A stretch of DNA of 64,000 nucleotides from Thermomicrobiales bacterium (GTDB taxonomy: Bacteria > Chloroflexota > Chloroflexia > Thermomicrobiales > UBA6265), in NCBI GenBank assembly GCA_039809985.1, contig JBDHWC010000002.1, positions 21,917 to 85,916 of the forward strand, in the 5' to 3' direction. Made by a program: the position numbers and the translations under genes. The notes beneath the pieces are model-generated. The model was given only the letters and a program-made list of their open reading frames with translations, made no database searches and was not told the origin of the DNA. Shown here one piece after another: positions 9,526-20,675 of the stretch (position 1 is the stretch's first letter; each line of letters starts with the position of its first letter).

Positions 9526-10254
9526 TTAGCAGGCCCCCATCATCTGCGGCACGCTGACCAGCGAGAACCCGCGCCCCTGCAAGTCGCTGATGATCCACGG
9601 CAGAGCCGTTGCCGTCGACCACGTGCTGGTCGACGAGTCCATGTGCAGTTCGACGATCGCGCCGTCGTAGACGTTGTCCATCACGTTGGCGTAGACCGAG
9701 TCGGCGGTCGCGTTCAGTTCCCAGTCGTCCGACCTCACGTTCCAGCCGATGGTGGTGTAGCCGTTGTTGGCGATGATCCAGCGGACGCGGTCGTCGCTCG
9801 AGCCGCCGAAGCAGGTGAAGTACGGGGCTGGCGCGTAGCCGAGCGCATTGGTCAGCGCCGTGGTCGAGGCTTGCACGTCCCACGCCACGTCGTCATCGGA
9901 CCGGGTTGGCAGCTCCGGCGGGTTGTACCCGTGGCTGCCGACCGGCCCGTAGACGGCCATCTGCTGGATCAGCCACGGGTTCTGGTCGGCCAGCCAGCCC
10001 ATCGCGAAGAAGGACACCGGCACCCCGTAGGCGTTCAATGTGTCGAACACGCCGGTGGCGGGGCTGTAGCCGGAGCCGACGTTGAAGATCAACGCCACCC
10101 GGCCGCATCCCGGCTGCCCCTCGACGAAGTAGGGCGCTTCCTGCGCCGCCGCGCCCCGGCCGATCCTCCAGCCGCCGGGGCCTCGCCCCGGACGCGCCGT
10201 GACGGCACCCGCCGCCACGGCGGCGGTCAATAGAGTTCTCCGGGAAGTTGGCAT
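9526..10254 (-). CDS. Tat-exported polysaccharide deacetylase (NodB)-like protein with degenerate catalytic motifs
   Basis: SRRTLL..AAAQ Tat signal; SFFAMGW, VGSHGY, WNVRSDDW, GAIVELH, GFSLVSVPQM match the NodB fold pattern. Confidence 0.8.
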   Translation of the reverse strand: MPTSRRTLLTAAVAAGAVTARPGRGPGGWRIGRGAAAQEAPYFVEGQPGCGRVALIFNVGSGYSPATGVFDTLNAYGVPVSFFAMGWLADQNPWLIQQMAVYGPVGSHGYNPPELPTRSDDDVAWDVQASTTALTNALGYAPAPYFTCFGGSSDDRVRWIIANNGYTTIGWNVRSDDWELNATADSVYANVMDNVYDGAIVELHMDSSTSTWSTATALPWIISDLQGRGFSLVSVPQMMGAC

Positions 10255-10418
10255 CGGAACGTGGCCCCCGTCGACGGGCAGCGGGTCGCTCGTCTGGTGT
10301 ACGCGAAATCCCGATCTTGCGTACCCCGTGACGGGCCGTCGCGTCAAGGCGGGGCGGGCAGACCGAGCCGCACGCTGCGGCACCGATACTCAGCCCGTCG
10401 AATGGTCGCCCGTGCCGC

Positions 10419-10447
10419 TTGCCCGCAACGGCAACCTCGCGTATAAC
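10419..10447 (+). promoter_or_regulatory. putative sigma70-type promoter of the aco cluster
   Basis: TTGCCC-17 nt-TATAAC, about 80 nt upstream of acoA. Confidence 0.5.
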
Positions 10448-10526
10448 CGGCCATCCGCACCGGCCTCGCCGAGGTGGCGCGACGTTGCGCCGGCGCGGCA
10501 ACCAACCGTTCGGAAGGAGAAGGACG

Positions 10527-11519
10527 ATGGCAGTCGAAGCCCTCGCCGTCGACGTCAGCCCCAGCCGCGAGCAACTGCTCGACATGTACGAGCGGATGGT
10601 CCAGATTCGCGTCTTCGAGGATCTCGCCGGCAAGAACTTCGCGGCCGGCCTGATCCCCGGCTTCGTCCACCTCTACGCCGGCGAGGAGGCAGTTGCGGTC
10701 GGCATCTGCTCCCAGCTCACCGACCGCGACGTGATCACCAGCACCCACCGCGGCCACGGCCACTGCATCGCCAAGGGCGTCGACATCCCCGGCATGGTCG
10801 CCGAGCTGATGGGCAAGTCGACCGGCGTCTGCAAGGGCAAGGGCGGCTCGATGCACATCGCCGACGTCGAGCGCGGCATGCTCGGCGCGAACGGCATCGT
10901 CGGCGGCGGCATGCCGCTCGCCTGCGGCGCGGCCCTCTCCGCCAAGACGCTCGGCACCGGCGGCCTCGCCGTCAGCTTCTTCGGCGACGGCGCGTCGAAC
11001 CAGGGCACCTTCCACGAGAGCATGAACCTCGCCGCGATCTGGAAGCTGCCGGTCGTCTTCGTCTGCGAGAACAACGGCTACGCCGAGTCGACCCCGACTC
11101 GCTACCACTGCTCCGTTTCCGACATCGCCAACCGGGCCGCCGCCTACGAGATCCCCGGCGTCGTCGTCGACGGGCTCGACCTCTTCGCGGTCTACGAGAC
11201 CTTCCGCGAGGCGGCCGAGCGCGCCCGCCGCGGCGAGGGGCCGACCCTGATCGAGGCCAAGACCTACCGCTACTACGGGCACTTCCAAGGCGACCAAGTC
11301 ACGTACCGCACCGACGAGGAACTTCAGGCCCACAAGGAGCGCGACGCGATCGCCCACGTTCGCACGCAACTGATCGAGCAGGGTATCGCCAGCGCCGAGG
11401 AACTCGACGCCATCGACGCCCGCGTCGCCAAGCAGCTCGACGACGCGTGGGAGGTCGGCAAGGCCGCGCCGTTCCCGGAGCCGGAGGAGACCCTGACCGA
11501 CGTCTACGTCTCCTACTAG
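10527..11519 (+). CDS. acoA: TPP-dependent acetoin/2-oxoacid dehydrogenase E1 alpha subunit
   Basis: PGFVHLYAGEEAVAVG, STHRGHGHCIAKG, KGKGGSMH, GDGASNQGTFHE, YRYYGHFQGD. Confidence 0.92.
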   Translation: MAVEALAVDVSPSREQLLDMYERMVQIRVFEDLAGKNFAAGLIPGFVHLYAGEEAVAVGICSQLTDRDVITSTHRGHGHCIAKGVDIPGMVAELMGKSTGVCKGKGGSMHIADVERGMLGANGIVGGGMPLACGAALSAKTLGTGGLAVSFFGDGASNQGTFHESMNLAAIWKLPVVFVCENNGYAESTPTRYHCSVSDIANRAAAYEIPGVVVDGLDLFAVYETFREAAERARRGEGPTLIEAKTYRYYGHFQGDQVTYRTDEELQAHKERDAIAHVRTQLIEQGIASAEELDAIDARVAKQLDDAWEVGKAAPFPEPEETLTDVYVSY

Positions 11520-11570
11520 CCCGATCGTCGCCTGATCGGCGACCGCTCGACCGGACCGAGGAGGACCCCG

Positions 11571-12596
11571 ATGGCCACGGCCACCGCCGCTCGCACGATG
11601 ACCTACCAACAGGCGATCAACGACGCCTTGCGCATCGCGATGCGCGAGGACCCGCGCGTCGTGCTCCTCGGCGAGGACATCGCCGGCGGCGCGATGGTCG
11701 ACCACCTGATCAACGACGACGCCTGGGGCGGCCCGATGGGCGTCACCAAGGGCCTCGTCCAAGAGTTCGGCCGCGACCGCGTGCTCGACACCCCGATCAC
11801 CGAGGCCGGCTTCATCGGCGCGGCGGCAGGCGCGGCGGCGACCGGTCTCCGCCCCGTGGCCGAGCTCATGTTCGTCGACTTCTTCGGCTGCTGCATGGAC
11901 CAGATCTACAACCAGGGGGCGAAGTTCCGGTACATGTTCGGCGGCAAGGCGATCTGCCCGGTCGTCATCCGCACCCAGATCGGCGCGGGCGTCAGCGCGG
12001 CGGCCCAGCACTCCGGGTGCCACTACTCCGTCTTCACCCACATGCCCGGCATCAAGTGCGTGGTCCCCTCCACCCCGGCCGATGCCAAGGGGCTCCTGCT
12101 GACCGCCATCCGCGACGACGACCTCGTGCTCTTCTTCGAGAACAAGGTGCTCTACGGCACCAAGGGCGAGGTGCCCGAGGGCGACGAGGGGATCCCCTTC
12201 GGCGTTGCCGACATCAAGCGCGAGGGCGAGGACGTCACCATCGTCGCCATCTCCCGCATGGTGCAGCAGTCGCTGGCGGCGGCGAAGACCCTCGCCGCCG
12301 AGGGGATCGAGGCCGAGGTGGTCGACCCCCGGACGCTCTCGCCGCTCGACGAGGGGACGATCCTCGAGTCGGTCGCCAAGACCCACCACCTCGTGATCGT
12401 CGACGAGGACAACCCGCGCTGCAGCGTCGCCACCGACATCGCGGCGATGGTCGCCGACAAGGGCTTCGACCTGCTCGACGCCCCGGTCAAGATCGTCAGC
12501 GCCCCGCACACGCCGGTGCCGTTCAGCCCGCCGCTGGAGCATGCCTACGTGCCGAGCCCGGACCGGATCGTCGAGGCCGTCCGCTCGATCCGCTAG
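11571..12596 (+). CDS. acoB: acetoin/2-oxoacid dehydrogenase E1 beta subunit
   Basis: LLGEDIAGG with the AcoB-type insertion DDAWGG; DTPITEAGF, ELMFVDF, AAQHS, HTPVPFSPPLE. Confidence 0.92.
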   Translation: MATATAARTMTYQQAINDALRIAMREDPRVVLLGEDIAGGAMVDHLINDDAWGGPMGVTKGLVQEFGRDRVLDTPITEAGFIGAAAGAAATGLRPVAELMFVDFFGCCMDQIYNQGAKFRYMFGGKAICPVVIRTQIGAGVSAAAQHSGCHYSVFTHMPGIKCVVPSTPADAKGLLLTAIRDDDLVLFFENKVLYGTKGEVPEGDEGIPFGVADIKREGEDVTIVAISRMVQQSLAAAKTLAAEGIEAEVVDPRTLSPLDEGTILESVAKTHHLVIVDEDNPRCSVATDIAAMVADKGFDLLDAPVKIVSAPHTPVPFSPPLEHAYVPSPDRIVEAVRSIR

Positions 12597-12670
12597 ACTG
12601 GAGACCGACCACATCTGGTGAGTGGGGCGGTCCCCGGCGGGGCCGCCCCTCACGTGCGGGGGAGTCCGCG

Positions 12671-14176
12671 ATGCCGACGATCGTGACGATGCCGAAGTGG
12701 GGCCTGACGATGACCACCGGCACGATCACCAGCTGGATCGCCAGCGAGGGTGACGAGGTGGTCGAGGGGGCCCCGCTCCTGACCGTCGAGACCGAGAAGG
12801 CGGTCAACGACGTCGAGGCCCCGGCCGAGGGCGTCCTCGTCAAGATCGTCGCAGGCACCGGCGACGAAATCCCGGTGATGGGAGCCCTCGCCGTGATCGC
12901 GGCCAAGGGCGAGGTCGTCAGCGACGACGAGATCGCCGCCCTCGTCGGCGGTGCGGCCCCGGTCGCTGCCGCAGGCGCGGCCACGGCCGCCGCTGGACCG
13001 GCCCGTGCCCCCCGGGCTGCCGCCCGCGACGCCTCCGGACGCGTCAACGCCTCGCCCGCCGCCCGCAAGCGGGCGGCGGAGCTCGGCATCGACCTCGCCA
13101 CCGTCGAGGCCACCGGGCCGGGCGGCCGGATCACCAGCGAGGACATCGACCGCGCCGCGGCTGCCGCGAGAAGCGCCTCCGCCGCGCCGCGCGAGGACAT
13201 CGTGACCCTCGCCAGCGGCCGCCAGATCGCTGCGCTTGTCGCCGGCCCGGAGGACGCCGAGACCAAGCTCCTCTTCGTTCACGGCCTGACCGGGTCGCAG
13301 TCGACGTGGGGCGCGGTCCTCGGGCCGCTCGTCGACCGCTACCGCCTCGCGGCGATCGACCTGCCCGGCCACGGCAAGAGCGACAAGCCGATGCCGGAGG
13401 CGGCGGACTATAGCGCCGCCGGTCTCGCCGAGAACGTCGGCGAGGTGATCGTCTCGCTCGGCCTCGCTCCCGCGGTCGTGGTCGGCCACTCCTTCGGCGG
13501 CGCGGTCGCCCTCAGCCTCGCCCAGCAGCGCCCGAAGCTGGTCCGCGCCCTCGTCCTCGTCGACAGCGGCGGCCTCGGCCCGGAGATCAGCCCGGAGCTG
13601 ATCTCGCTGGCGGAGGCCCACCCCAGCAAGGACGTCGCCCGCAGCCTGCTCGAGCTCTTCATCGAGGACAAGCGGCTGGTTCTCGACCGCGGCGTCGACG
13701 ACATGTACCACGGTATCTCGCAGGCGGGCGCGCACGGCGCGATCCGGGCCATCGTCGACGACGCCTTCCCGGAAGGGAAGCAGAACCTGTCGCTGGCCGA
13801 GAAACTGGGAGACGTCCACACCCCGACCTTCCTGGTCTGGGGCGAACTCGACCGCGTCATCCCGGTTTCGCAGTCGGCCGCGGCCCACGACAAGATCGCC
13901 GGCTCGTGGCTCGAGGTGATCGAGGGCATCGGCCACGTGCCTCAGGTGGAAGCGCCGCAGCGGTTCGTCGAGTTGCTTGAGGAGTTCGTCACGTCGCTGC
14001 CGCCTGCGGCCGCCCCGGAGCCAGAGCCGGAATCTGAGCCGGAGCCCAAGACGGAAGCAGAGACGGCCACCGCTGAACCGGCCGCCGACGAGGTCGAGGC
14101 CGCGAACGCGGCCGCATCAAGCGAGGAGGAGCCGCCCTCCCCCTCGGAGTCGGAACTGACCAGCAACCAAGGCTAG
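12671..14176 (+). CDS. acoC: AcoC-type protein: lipoyl domain + E3-binding domain + alpha/beta-hydrolase domain + acidic tail
   Basis: MPKWGLTM..VETEKAVNDV (lipoyl Lys); ASPAARKRAAELGIDL..GPGGRIT; GHSFGG nucleophile elbow; WGELDRVIP; GHVPQVE. Confidence 0.85.
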   Translation: MPTIVTMPKWGLTMTTGTITSWIASEGDEVVEGAPLLTVETEKAVNDVEAPAEGVLVKIVAGTGDEIPVMGALAVIAAKGEVVSDDEIAALVGGAAPVAAAGAATAAAGPARAPRAAARDASGRVNASPAARKRAAELGIDLATVEATGPGGRITSEDIDRAAAAARSASAAPREDIVTLASGRQIAALVAGPEDAETKLLFVHGLTGSQSTWGAVLGPLVDRYRLAAIDLPGHGKSDKPMPEAADYSAAGLAENVGEVIVSLGLAPAVVVGHSFGGAVALSLAQQRPKLVRALVLVDSGGLGPEISPELISLAEAHPSKDVARSLLELFIEDKRLVLDRGVDDMYHGISQAGAHGAIRAIVDDAFPEGKQNLSLAEKLGDVHTPTFLVWGELDRVIPVSQSAAAHDKIAGSWLEVIEGIGHVPQVEAPQRFVELLEEFVTSLPPAAAPEPEPESEPEPKTEAETATAEPAADEVEAANAAASSEEEPPSPSESELTSNQG

Positions 14177-14189
14177 GAACGACGCCATC

Positions 14190-15227
14190 GTGCCGGAATC
14201 GCTCGTCGGAATCGTCGCCAACCCTGCCAGCGGCAAGGACATCCGCCGGCTCGTCGCCCACGGCTCGAGCTTCGACAACAACGAGAAGATCAACATCGTC
14301 CGCCGGGTGCTGCTCGGCATGGACGCGGTCGGGACCGAGCGCGTCGCCTACATGCCCGACACCTACGCCATCGTGGAGCGGGCCGCCGCCGGCATCACCC
14401 TCCGGCTGCGGCTCGAACCGCTGTCGATGCCGATGGTCGGCGTCGCCAGCGACTCGACCGAGGCGGCGCAGCGGCTCGCCGATCTTCGGGCCGGCTGCAT
14501 CGTCACCCTCGGCGGCGACGGCACTAACCGGGTGGTGGCCAAGGGCAGCGGAGACGTTCCGCTGATCCCCATCTCGACCGGCACGAACAACGCCTTCCCG
14601 ACCATGATCGAGGGCACGCTGGCAGGTCTGGCTGCCGGCCTCGTCGCCACCGGCAAGGCCGCGAACGGCCCGGACGAACCCGCGGTCGTCGCCCGGCACC
14701 CCGTTCTCCGCGTCGCCGTCGACGGCGCCGATCGCGACATCGCGCTGATCGACGTCGTCCTCTCGGCCCAGAGCTGGGTCGGGTCGCGCGCGATCTGGGA
14801 CCCGGCCAAGGTTCGCGCCGTCGTGCTCTCGCGGGTCAGCAAGGCGGACATCGGCCTCGCTAGCCTCGGCAGCAGCCTCGCGCCGAGCGCCAGCGACCAC
14901 GAAGCCGGCATCGCCGTCCGGCTCGCGCACCGACCGGACGAGGCGACCACGACCGTCATCGCCCCGGTCGCCCCCGGCCTCGTCCTGCCGGTCCACGTGG
15001 CGACGTGGCAGCTCCTGCGGCCGGGCCAGTCGGTCGCGCTGCCAGCCGAGGGCGGCACCGTCGCCCTCGACGGCGAGCGCGAGTTCCGCCTCGGCCGCGG
15101 CGACCGGTCCGTCGAGATCCGGCTCGATCCCGCAGGACCGTTGGTGGTCGACGTGCCGGCCGCGATCCGGGCCGGGGCGCTGGCCGGGGCGCTGACCGTC
15201 GCCAGCACCCCGCCCCTCGCGGTCTGA
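14190..15227 (+). CDS. acoX: AcoX / NAD-kinase-like protein
   Basis: GIVANPASGKDIRRLVA, LGGDGTNR, STGTNNAFP, ALDGERE; lies within the aco cluster. Confidence 0.88.
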   Translation: MPESLVGIVANPASGKDIRRLVAHGSSFDNNEKINIVRRVLLGMDAVGTERVAYMPDTYAIVERAAAGITLRLRLEPLSMPMVGVASDSTEAAQRLADLRAGCIVTLGGDGTNRVVAKGSGDVPLIPISTGTNNAFPTMIEGTLAGLAAGLVATGKAANGPDEPAVVARHPVLRVAVDGADRDIALIDVVLSAQSWVGSRAIWDPAKVRAVVLSRVSKADIGLASLGSSLAPSASDHEAGIAVRLAHRPDEATTTVIAPVAPGLVLPVHVATWQLLRPGQSVALPAEGGTVALDGEREFRLGRGDRSVEIRLDPAGPLVVDVPAAIRAGALAGALTVASTPPLAV

Positions 15228-15231
15228 CCCG

Positions 15232-16644
15232 TCAGTCGACCGGCGGCCTGCGGTCACCCCACGGGTGCGCCGCCTCGAACGCCGCCGACGCCCGCAGGAC
15301 GGCCACGTCGTCCTTCCAGCGCCCCACGATCTGGAGCCCGATCGGCAGCCCCTCGCGGTCGAACCCGCACGGCACCGTCGCCGCGGGCTGCCCGGTCAGG
15401 TCGAACGGGTAGGTGAACGGCGTCCAGTTCAGCGGCATGTCGGGGTTCGAGAGCGGGTTGTCCGGCTCGTCCCGCCCCGCCGTGAACGCGGTGATCGGCA
15501 ACGTCGGTGTCAGCAGCAGGTCGTAGTCGAGCATGAAGCGGCGCATCTGCTCGCAGTAGGCGTTCCGGCGCGACAGGACCGCCGCCAATTCCGTCGCCGA
15601 GACTCGGCTGCCCCGTTCCGCGACGGCGGCCAGCCCCGGATCGGTCACCGCGCGCGCCCCGTCGGTCAACGTGGAGAAGTAGCCCGCCATCGCGGTCGAC
15701 CACATGATGTCCAGCAACGGCCACGGGTCGATCTCCGGCGCGCCGACCTCGGTGACCTCGCAGCCAAGCGCCGCGAACGACTCCGCCGCCTTGGCCGTCG
15801 CCGCGGCCACGTCCGGCGCGACGCGGTGCCCGCCGAAGGCGGGCGACCACGCCACCTTGAAATCCCCGATCTCGCCGTCGGTCGCCGCGAGGTAGTCGAT
15901 GCCGCTGCTCCACGAGAGCCGGTCGCGGGCGTCTGCGCCGGCCACCACGCTCAGGCAGAGCGCCGCGTCCCGCACCGTCCGGGTGAGTGGGCCAAGGTGG
16001 GACAGGTCCCAGACCGCGCTCGCCGGGTACTGCGGCACGAGGCCGAACGACGGCTTGATGCCGTAGATGCCGCAGAACGCCGCCGGAATCCGGATCGAGC
16101 CTGCGCCGTCGCTCCCCTGTGCCATCGGACCCAGTCCAGCCGCCACCGCGGCGGCCGCGCCGCCGGACGAGCCGCCGGCCGTCTTGCCGTGCTTCCACGG
16201 ATTGTGGGTCGCCCCGACGAGGCCGTTGGCCGTGTCCCCCTTCCACCCGAGTTCGGGCGTGTTCGTCTTGCCGAGCATGACGCCGCCCGCGGCGTAGCTC
16301 CGCTCGACATACGGCGCGTCCTCGTCCGGCACCCAGTCCGGGTTGATCCGCGAGCCCATCGTCGTCCGGATCCCCTTGGTCGGGGTCAGGTCCTTGATCG
16401 AGAACGGCACCCCGGCCAGCGGGCCGGCATCGCCGCGGGCGTACGCGTCCTCTGCCGCCTTGGCCTGCGCCAGCGCCAAGTCCGGGGTCACGGTCACGAA
16501 CGCGGTCAGCTCGGGATTCAGCCGGTCGATGCGGCGCAGCATCGCATTGGCGACTTCGACCGGCGACAGCGCTCTGGCACGGTACGCCGCCACCAGCTCG
16601 GTGGCGGGCAGATAGGCGATCTCTTGCTCCGAAACAACCCCCAC
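15232..16644 (-). CDS. amidase-signature family protein
   Basis: LAGVPFSIKDL, GKTNTPE, GGSSGGAAAA, GSDGAGSIRIPA, GLPIGLQIVG. Start approximate. Confidence 0.93.
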   Translation of the reverse strand: MGVVSEQEIAYLPATELVAAYRARALSPVEVANAMLRRIDRLNPELTAFVTVTPDLALAQAKAAEDAYARGDAGPLAGVPFSIKDLTPTKGIRTTMGSRINPDWVPDEDAPYVERSYAAGGVMLGKTNTPELGWKGDTANGLVGATHNPWKHGKTAGGSSGGAAAAVAAGLGPMAQGSDGAGSIRIPAAFCGIYGIKPSFGLVPQYPASAVWDLSHLGPLTRTVRDAALCLSVVAGADARDRLSWSSGIDYLAATDGEIGDFKVAWSPAFGGHRVAPDVAAATAKAAESFAALGCEVTEVGAPEIDPWPLLDIMWSTAMAGYFSTLTDGARAVTDPGLAAVAERGSRVSATELAAVLSRRNAYCEQMRRFMLDYDLLLTPTLPITAFTAGRDEPDNPLSNPDMPLNWTPFTYPFDLTGQPAATVPCGFDREGLPIGLQIVGRWKDDVAVLRASAAFEAAHPWGDRRPPVD

Positions 16645-16801
16645 GGTGTTCGTGCCCCCCTCGTCATCCTCGTCGGCGAACCGCCTCGGAATTGTCGCGC
16701 ACCATTCCCTCGCGCGGGGCATCGTCCCCGACGGTCGGGTAGAGTGCGCGCTGGGCCGGCGTCCGTCGTCCGGCTCGTCCCGCCGACGAAGGAGCCAGTT
16801 G

Positions 16802-18246
16802 ATGCCCCGGCCGACCGAACTCGCCACCGGAACCGACCTCGCGGCCAGCTACGGCCCCGCGCTCGACCGCGCCCACGACCTCGCGTCAGCCTACCTGGCG
16901 GGCCTCCGCGGTCGCCCGGTCAGTCAGCGCGTCACGCCCGCCGAGATGGCAGCCCGGCTCGACGAACCACTGCCCGAGCAAGGCGTCGCCGCCGATACCG
17001 CGGTCTCCGAGTGGTTCGCCCGGGCCGAGCCGGGGATCGTCACCTCCACCGGGCCCCGCTACTTCGGGTTCGTCCTCGGCGGGGTCGTGCCGGCCGCGAT
17101 CGCCGGCGACTGGCTCGCCTCGACCATCGACCAGAACCGCGGGCTCTGGATGGCCAGCCCGGCGGCGGCCCAGACCGAGGTCGTCGTCCTCCGCTGGCTC
17201 GCGGAACTGTTCGACCTTCCGTCCCACTGGACCGGCACCATGACCAGCGGCGCGACCATGGCGAACATGGTCGGGCTCGCCGCCGGCCGCCAATGGGCCG
17301 CTGCCCGGCTCGGCTTCGACGCCGCCGCCGACGGCCTCGCCGGCCACCCGCCGATCACGGTCGTCTCCTCGACCGAGATTCACGCCAGCGCCCGCAAGGC
17401 CCTCGCCAACCTCGGGATCGGTCGCAACTCCGTCCGCACCGTGCCCGCGCCAAATGGGGCGATCGATCTCGCCGCGTTCGACGCCACGCTCTCCGGCATT
17501 GACGGTCCCGTGATCGTGGTCGGCAACGCCGGCGAGGTCAACGGCGGCGCGTTCGACAACCTGACGGCACTGGCCGACCGCTGCGCGGCGCACGCGCCGG
17601 GCGCGTGGCTGCACGTCGATGGTGCCTTCGGCCTCTTCGCCCGCCTCGATCCGCGCACCCGGCACTTGCTCGACGGCATCGAGCGGGCCGACTCCGTGGG
17701 CTCGGACGGCCACAAGTGGCTCAACGTCCCCTACGATTCGGGCTTCGCGTTCGTCCGCGACAAGTCAGCGCTGACCGGAGCCTTCGGAGTCGGCGCGGCC
17801 TATCTGACACGAGCGTCGGCCGACGCCGTCTCGTTCGACCAACGCGTGCCGGAGATGTCGCAGCGGTTCCGCGCTCTCGCGGTCTGGTGCGCCCTGAAGT
17901 CGCTCGGCCGCGAGGGGTACGAGCAGATCGTCCGGCGCTGCAACGACAACGCCGCGGCGTTCGGGGCGTGGGTGGCAGCCCAGCCGGACCTCGAACTGGT
18001 CGACCCGACGGTCATCAACATCGCCTGCTTCCGGGTCGCCCCAGCCGGCCTCAGCACGGACGACCAGGACGCGCTGACCCGCGAGACCGTCGCCCGCGTC
18101 CAAGCCAGCGGCGACGCGGTCGTCACCAGCACCGTGCGGCGGGGCCGAGCGGCGATTAGGGCCGCGTTCGACAACTGGCTGACCACCGACGCCGACGTGG
18201 CCATGCTCCAGTCGGCGGTGCGGGCGGCGGTCGACGACGCGAACGC

Positions 18247-18250
<4 letters not shown>
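16802..18250 (+). CDS. group II PLP-dependent amino acid decarboxylase
   Basis: PRYFGFV, TSGATMAN, WLHVDGAFG, DGHKWLNVPYDSG; AAGGAG RBS. Confidence 0.92.
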
Positions 18251-18951
<701 letters not shown>

Positions 18952-18959
18952 CGTCTGCC

Positions 18960-20675
18960 TCAATCCTCCCGGCCGGGCACTCCCTCGCGCCAGCCACGGG
19001 CCACCGGCAGAGTGACGGTGAACTCGGCTCCCTTGCCGACGCCTGCCGATGCCGCCGAGATGGTACCCCCTTGCGCCTCGACGAGGGCCCGGCTCAGGTA
19101 GAGCCCGAGACCCATCCCGCGCACCGTCGGGTCTGCTCCGGGCCGGCGGAACCGCTCGAACACCTGCCCGACGTGCTCCAGGCCGATGCCGACGCCTTGG
19201 TCGCGGACGCGCAGGCTGACGGTCGCGCCGTCGGTCACCGCCGTGGTGCGGATTTCGCCGCCGTCCGGGGAGTACTTGACCGCATTCTCGTACAGGTTCC
19301 GCAGCACTTGCTCGAGGAGGGCGGGGTCGCCCTCTGCCGCGGGCAGTCCGGGCGCGATGTCGACGACCCACGAATGCCCCGGCGCGGCCGGGGCCACCTG
19401 CTCGCCGATGCGCTTCGCGAGCGGAGCGAGCAGGACCGGCTCGGTTTCGGCCTCGAGCCGGCCCGCCTTGATCGCCGCGAGGCTGAGCATGTTCCCGAGC
19501 ATCTGCGTCAGGCGGTCGCTCTCCGTCACCACGTCGTCGAGCAGGGCGCGTCGCGTCTCCGGCGCCAGCGCCTCCACCTCGCGCCGGAGGAACTGCGCCC
19601 CGCCTTGAATCGCGGTCAACGGCGTCCGGAATTCGTGCGACACCAAGGACAGGAAGTCGTCCTTGAGTTGCTCCGCCTCGCGCAGCCGGGCGATGTCCTG
19701 GTAGATCACCACCCCGCCCTCCACCCGGCCCGACCGGTCCCGCAGCGGGGCCGCCTGCACCAGCACCGGCGTCTCCGACCCGTCCGCGCGCACCACGCCG
19801 AACTGTCGGCTCCGCACCGTCTCCCCACGCAGGGAGCGCTGCGACGGGGCTTCCGGGAACGGCACGACCCGGCCGTCGCCGTCGGTCAGGTGGTAGTCCC
19901 GCCCGTACTCCGGCATGACGCCGACCGGGACCAGCGGCCCGAGCAGCAGGTCGACCGCCAATTCGTTGACCAGCGTCGCCCCGCCGCCGTCCGCCGAGAC
20001 GAGCATGACGCCGACCGGGAGGGTCTCGAGGATGGTGTGCACGTCGTCGCGCTGCTGCTCGGCGCGTCGCCGGCTGTCCTCCAGTGCCCGGTAGAGGCGG
20101 GCCCGGTCGATCGCGTTGGCGGCGTGGGTCGCCATGATCTCAACCGCCTCGAGGTCCTCCACCGTGAACGGCTTGCCGTCGATCCGGTCGGTCAGGTAGA
20201 GGTTGCCGAGTGACTGCGTGCCAAGCAGAATCGGCACGCCGAGCAGGCTGGTCATCGGCGGGTGGTGCGCCGGGAAGCCGCTCGCCCGCGGGTCGTCGGC
20301 GATGCAGTCGACCAGCAGCGACTCCCGGTCGCGAATCAGCACTCCGAGCAGACCCCGCCCGACCGGCAAGTCGCCGATGGCGTCCCGCTCCTCGGGCGAG
20401 AGACCGGACACCATGAACTGGACCAGCCGACCGCTCTCGTCGGCCACTCCCAGCGCCCCGTAGCGCGCCCCGACGACCTCGCGGGCGAGATCGACGATCC
20501 GCTGCAGCACCCCCTCGACACTGACCTCCGAGGCGACGGCAAGGGCTGCCTCGTACGCCGCGACCACCGCCCGGCTGATCCGCCGCTCCTCGGCCGCCGT
20601 CGCCGACGCGGCCAGCGACGGCGTGTCGTGTGCCGCGGGGCGAACGTCTTCGGTTGCGAGCATCGCGTCGTCCAT
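18960..20675 (-). CDS. GAF-PAS sensor histidine kinase (HisKA/HATPase)
   Basis: GAF (ARYGALGV..LPVGRGLLG..GFPAHHPPMTSLLGVPI..GNLYL), PAS, SHEFRTPLT, NAVKYSP, DQGVGI, GMGLGL. Start uncertain (20663-20747). Confidence 0.93.
   Translation of the reverse strand: MDDAMLATEDVRPAAHDTPSLAASATAAEERRISRAVVAAYEAALAVASEVSVEGVLQRIVDLAREVVGARYGALGVADESGRLVQFMVSGLSPEERDAIGDLPVGRGLLGVLIRDRESLLVDCIADDPRASGFPAHHPPMTSLLGVPILLGTQSLGNLYLTDRIDGKPFTVEDLEAVEIMATHAANAIDRARLYRALEDSRRRAEQQRDDVHTILETLPVGVMLVSADGGGATLVNELAVDLLLGPLVPVGVMPEYGRDYHLTDGDGRVVPFPEAPSQRSLRGETVRSRQFGVVRADGSETPVLVQAAPLRDRSGRVEGGVVIYQDIARLREAEQLKDDFLSLVSHEFRTPLTAIQGGAQFLRREVEALAPETRRALLDDVVTESDRLTQMLGNMLSLAAIKAGRLEAETEPVLLAPLAKRIGEQVAPAAPGHSWVVDIAPGLPAAEGDPALLEQVLRNLYENAVKYSPDGGEIRTTAVTDGATVSLRVRDQGVGIGLEHVGQVFERFRRPGADPTVRGMGLGLYLSRALVEAQGGTISAASAGVGKGAEFTVTLPVARGWREGVPGRED

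Noticed and set aside
10199-12670. 1325-aa ORF 10199..14176 suggesting a giant fusion protein
   Set aside because: The first ~820 codons are an Arg/Pro-rich off-frame read of acoA/acoB, which lacks stops because of high GC3. The real protein starts at ATG 12671 behind a GGGAG RBS.
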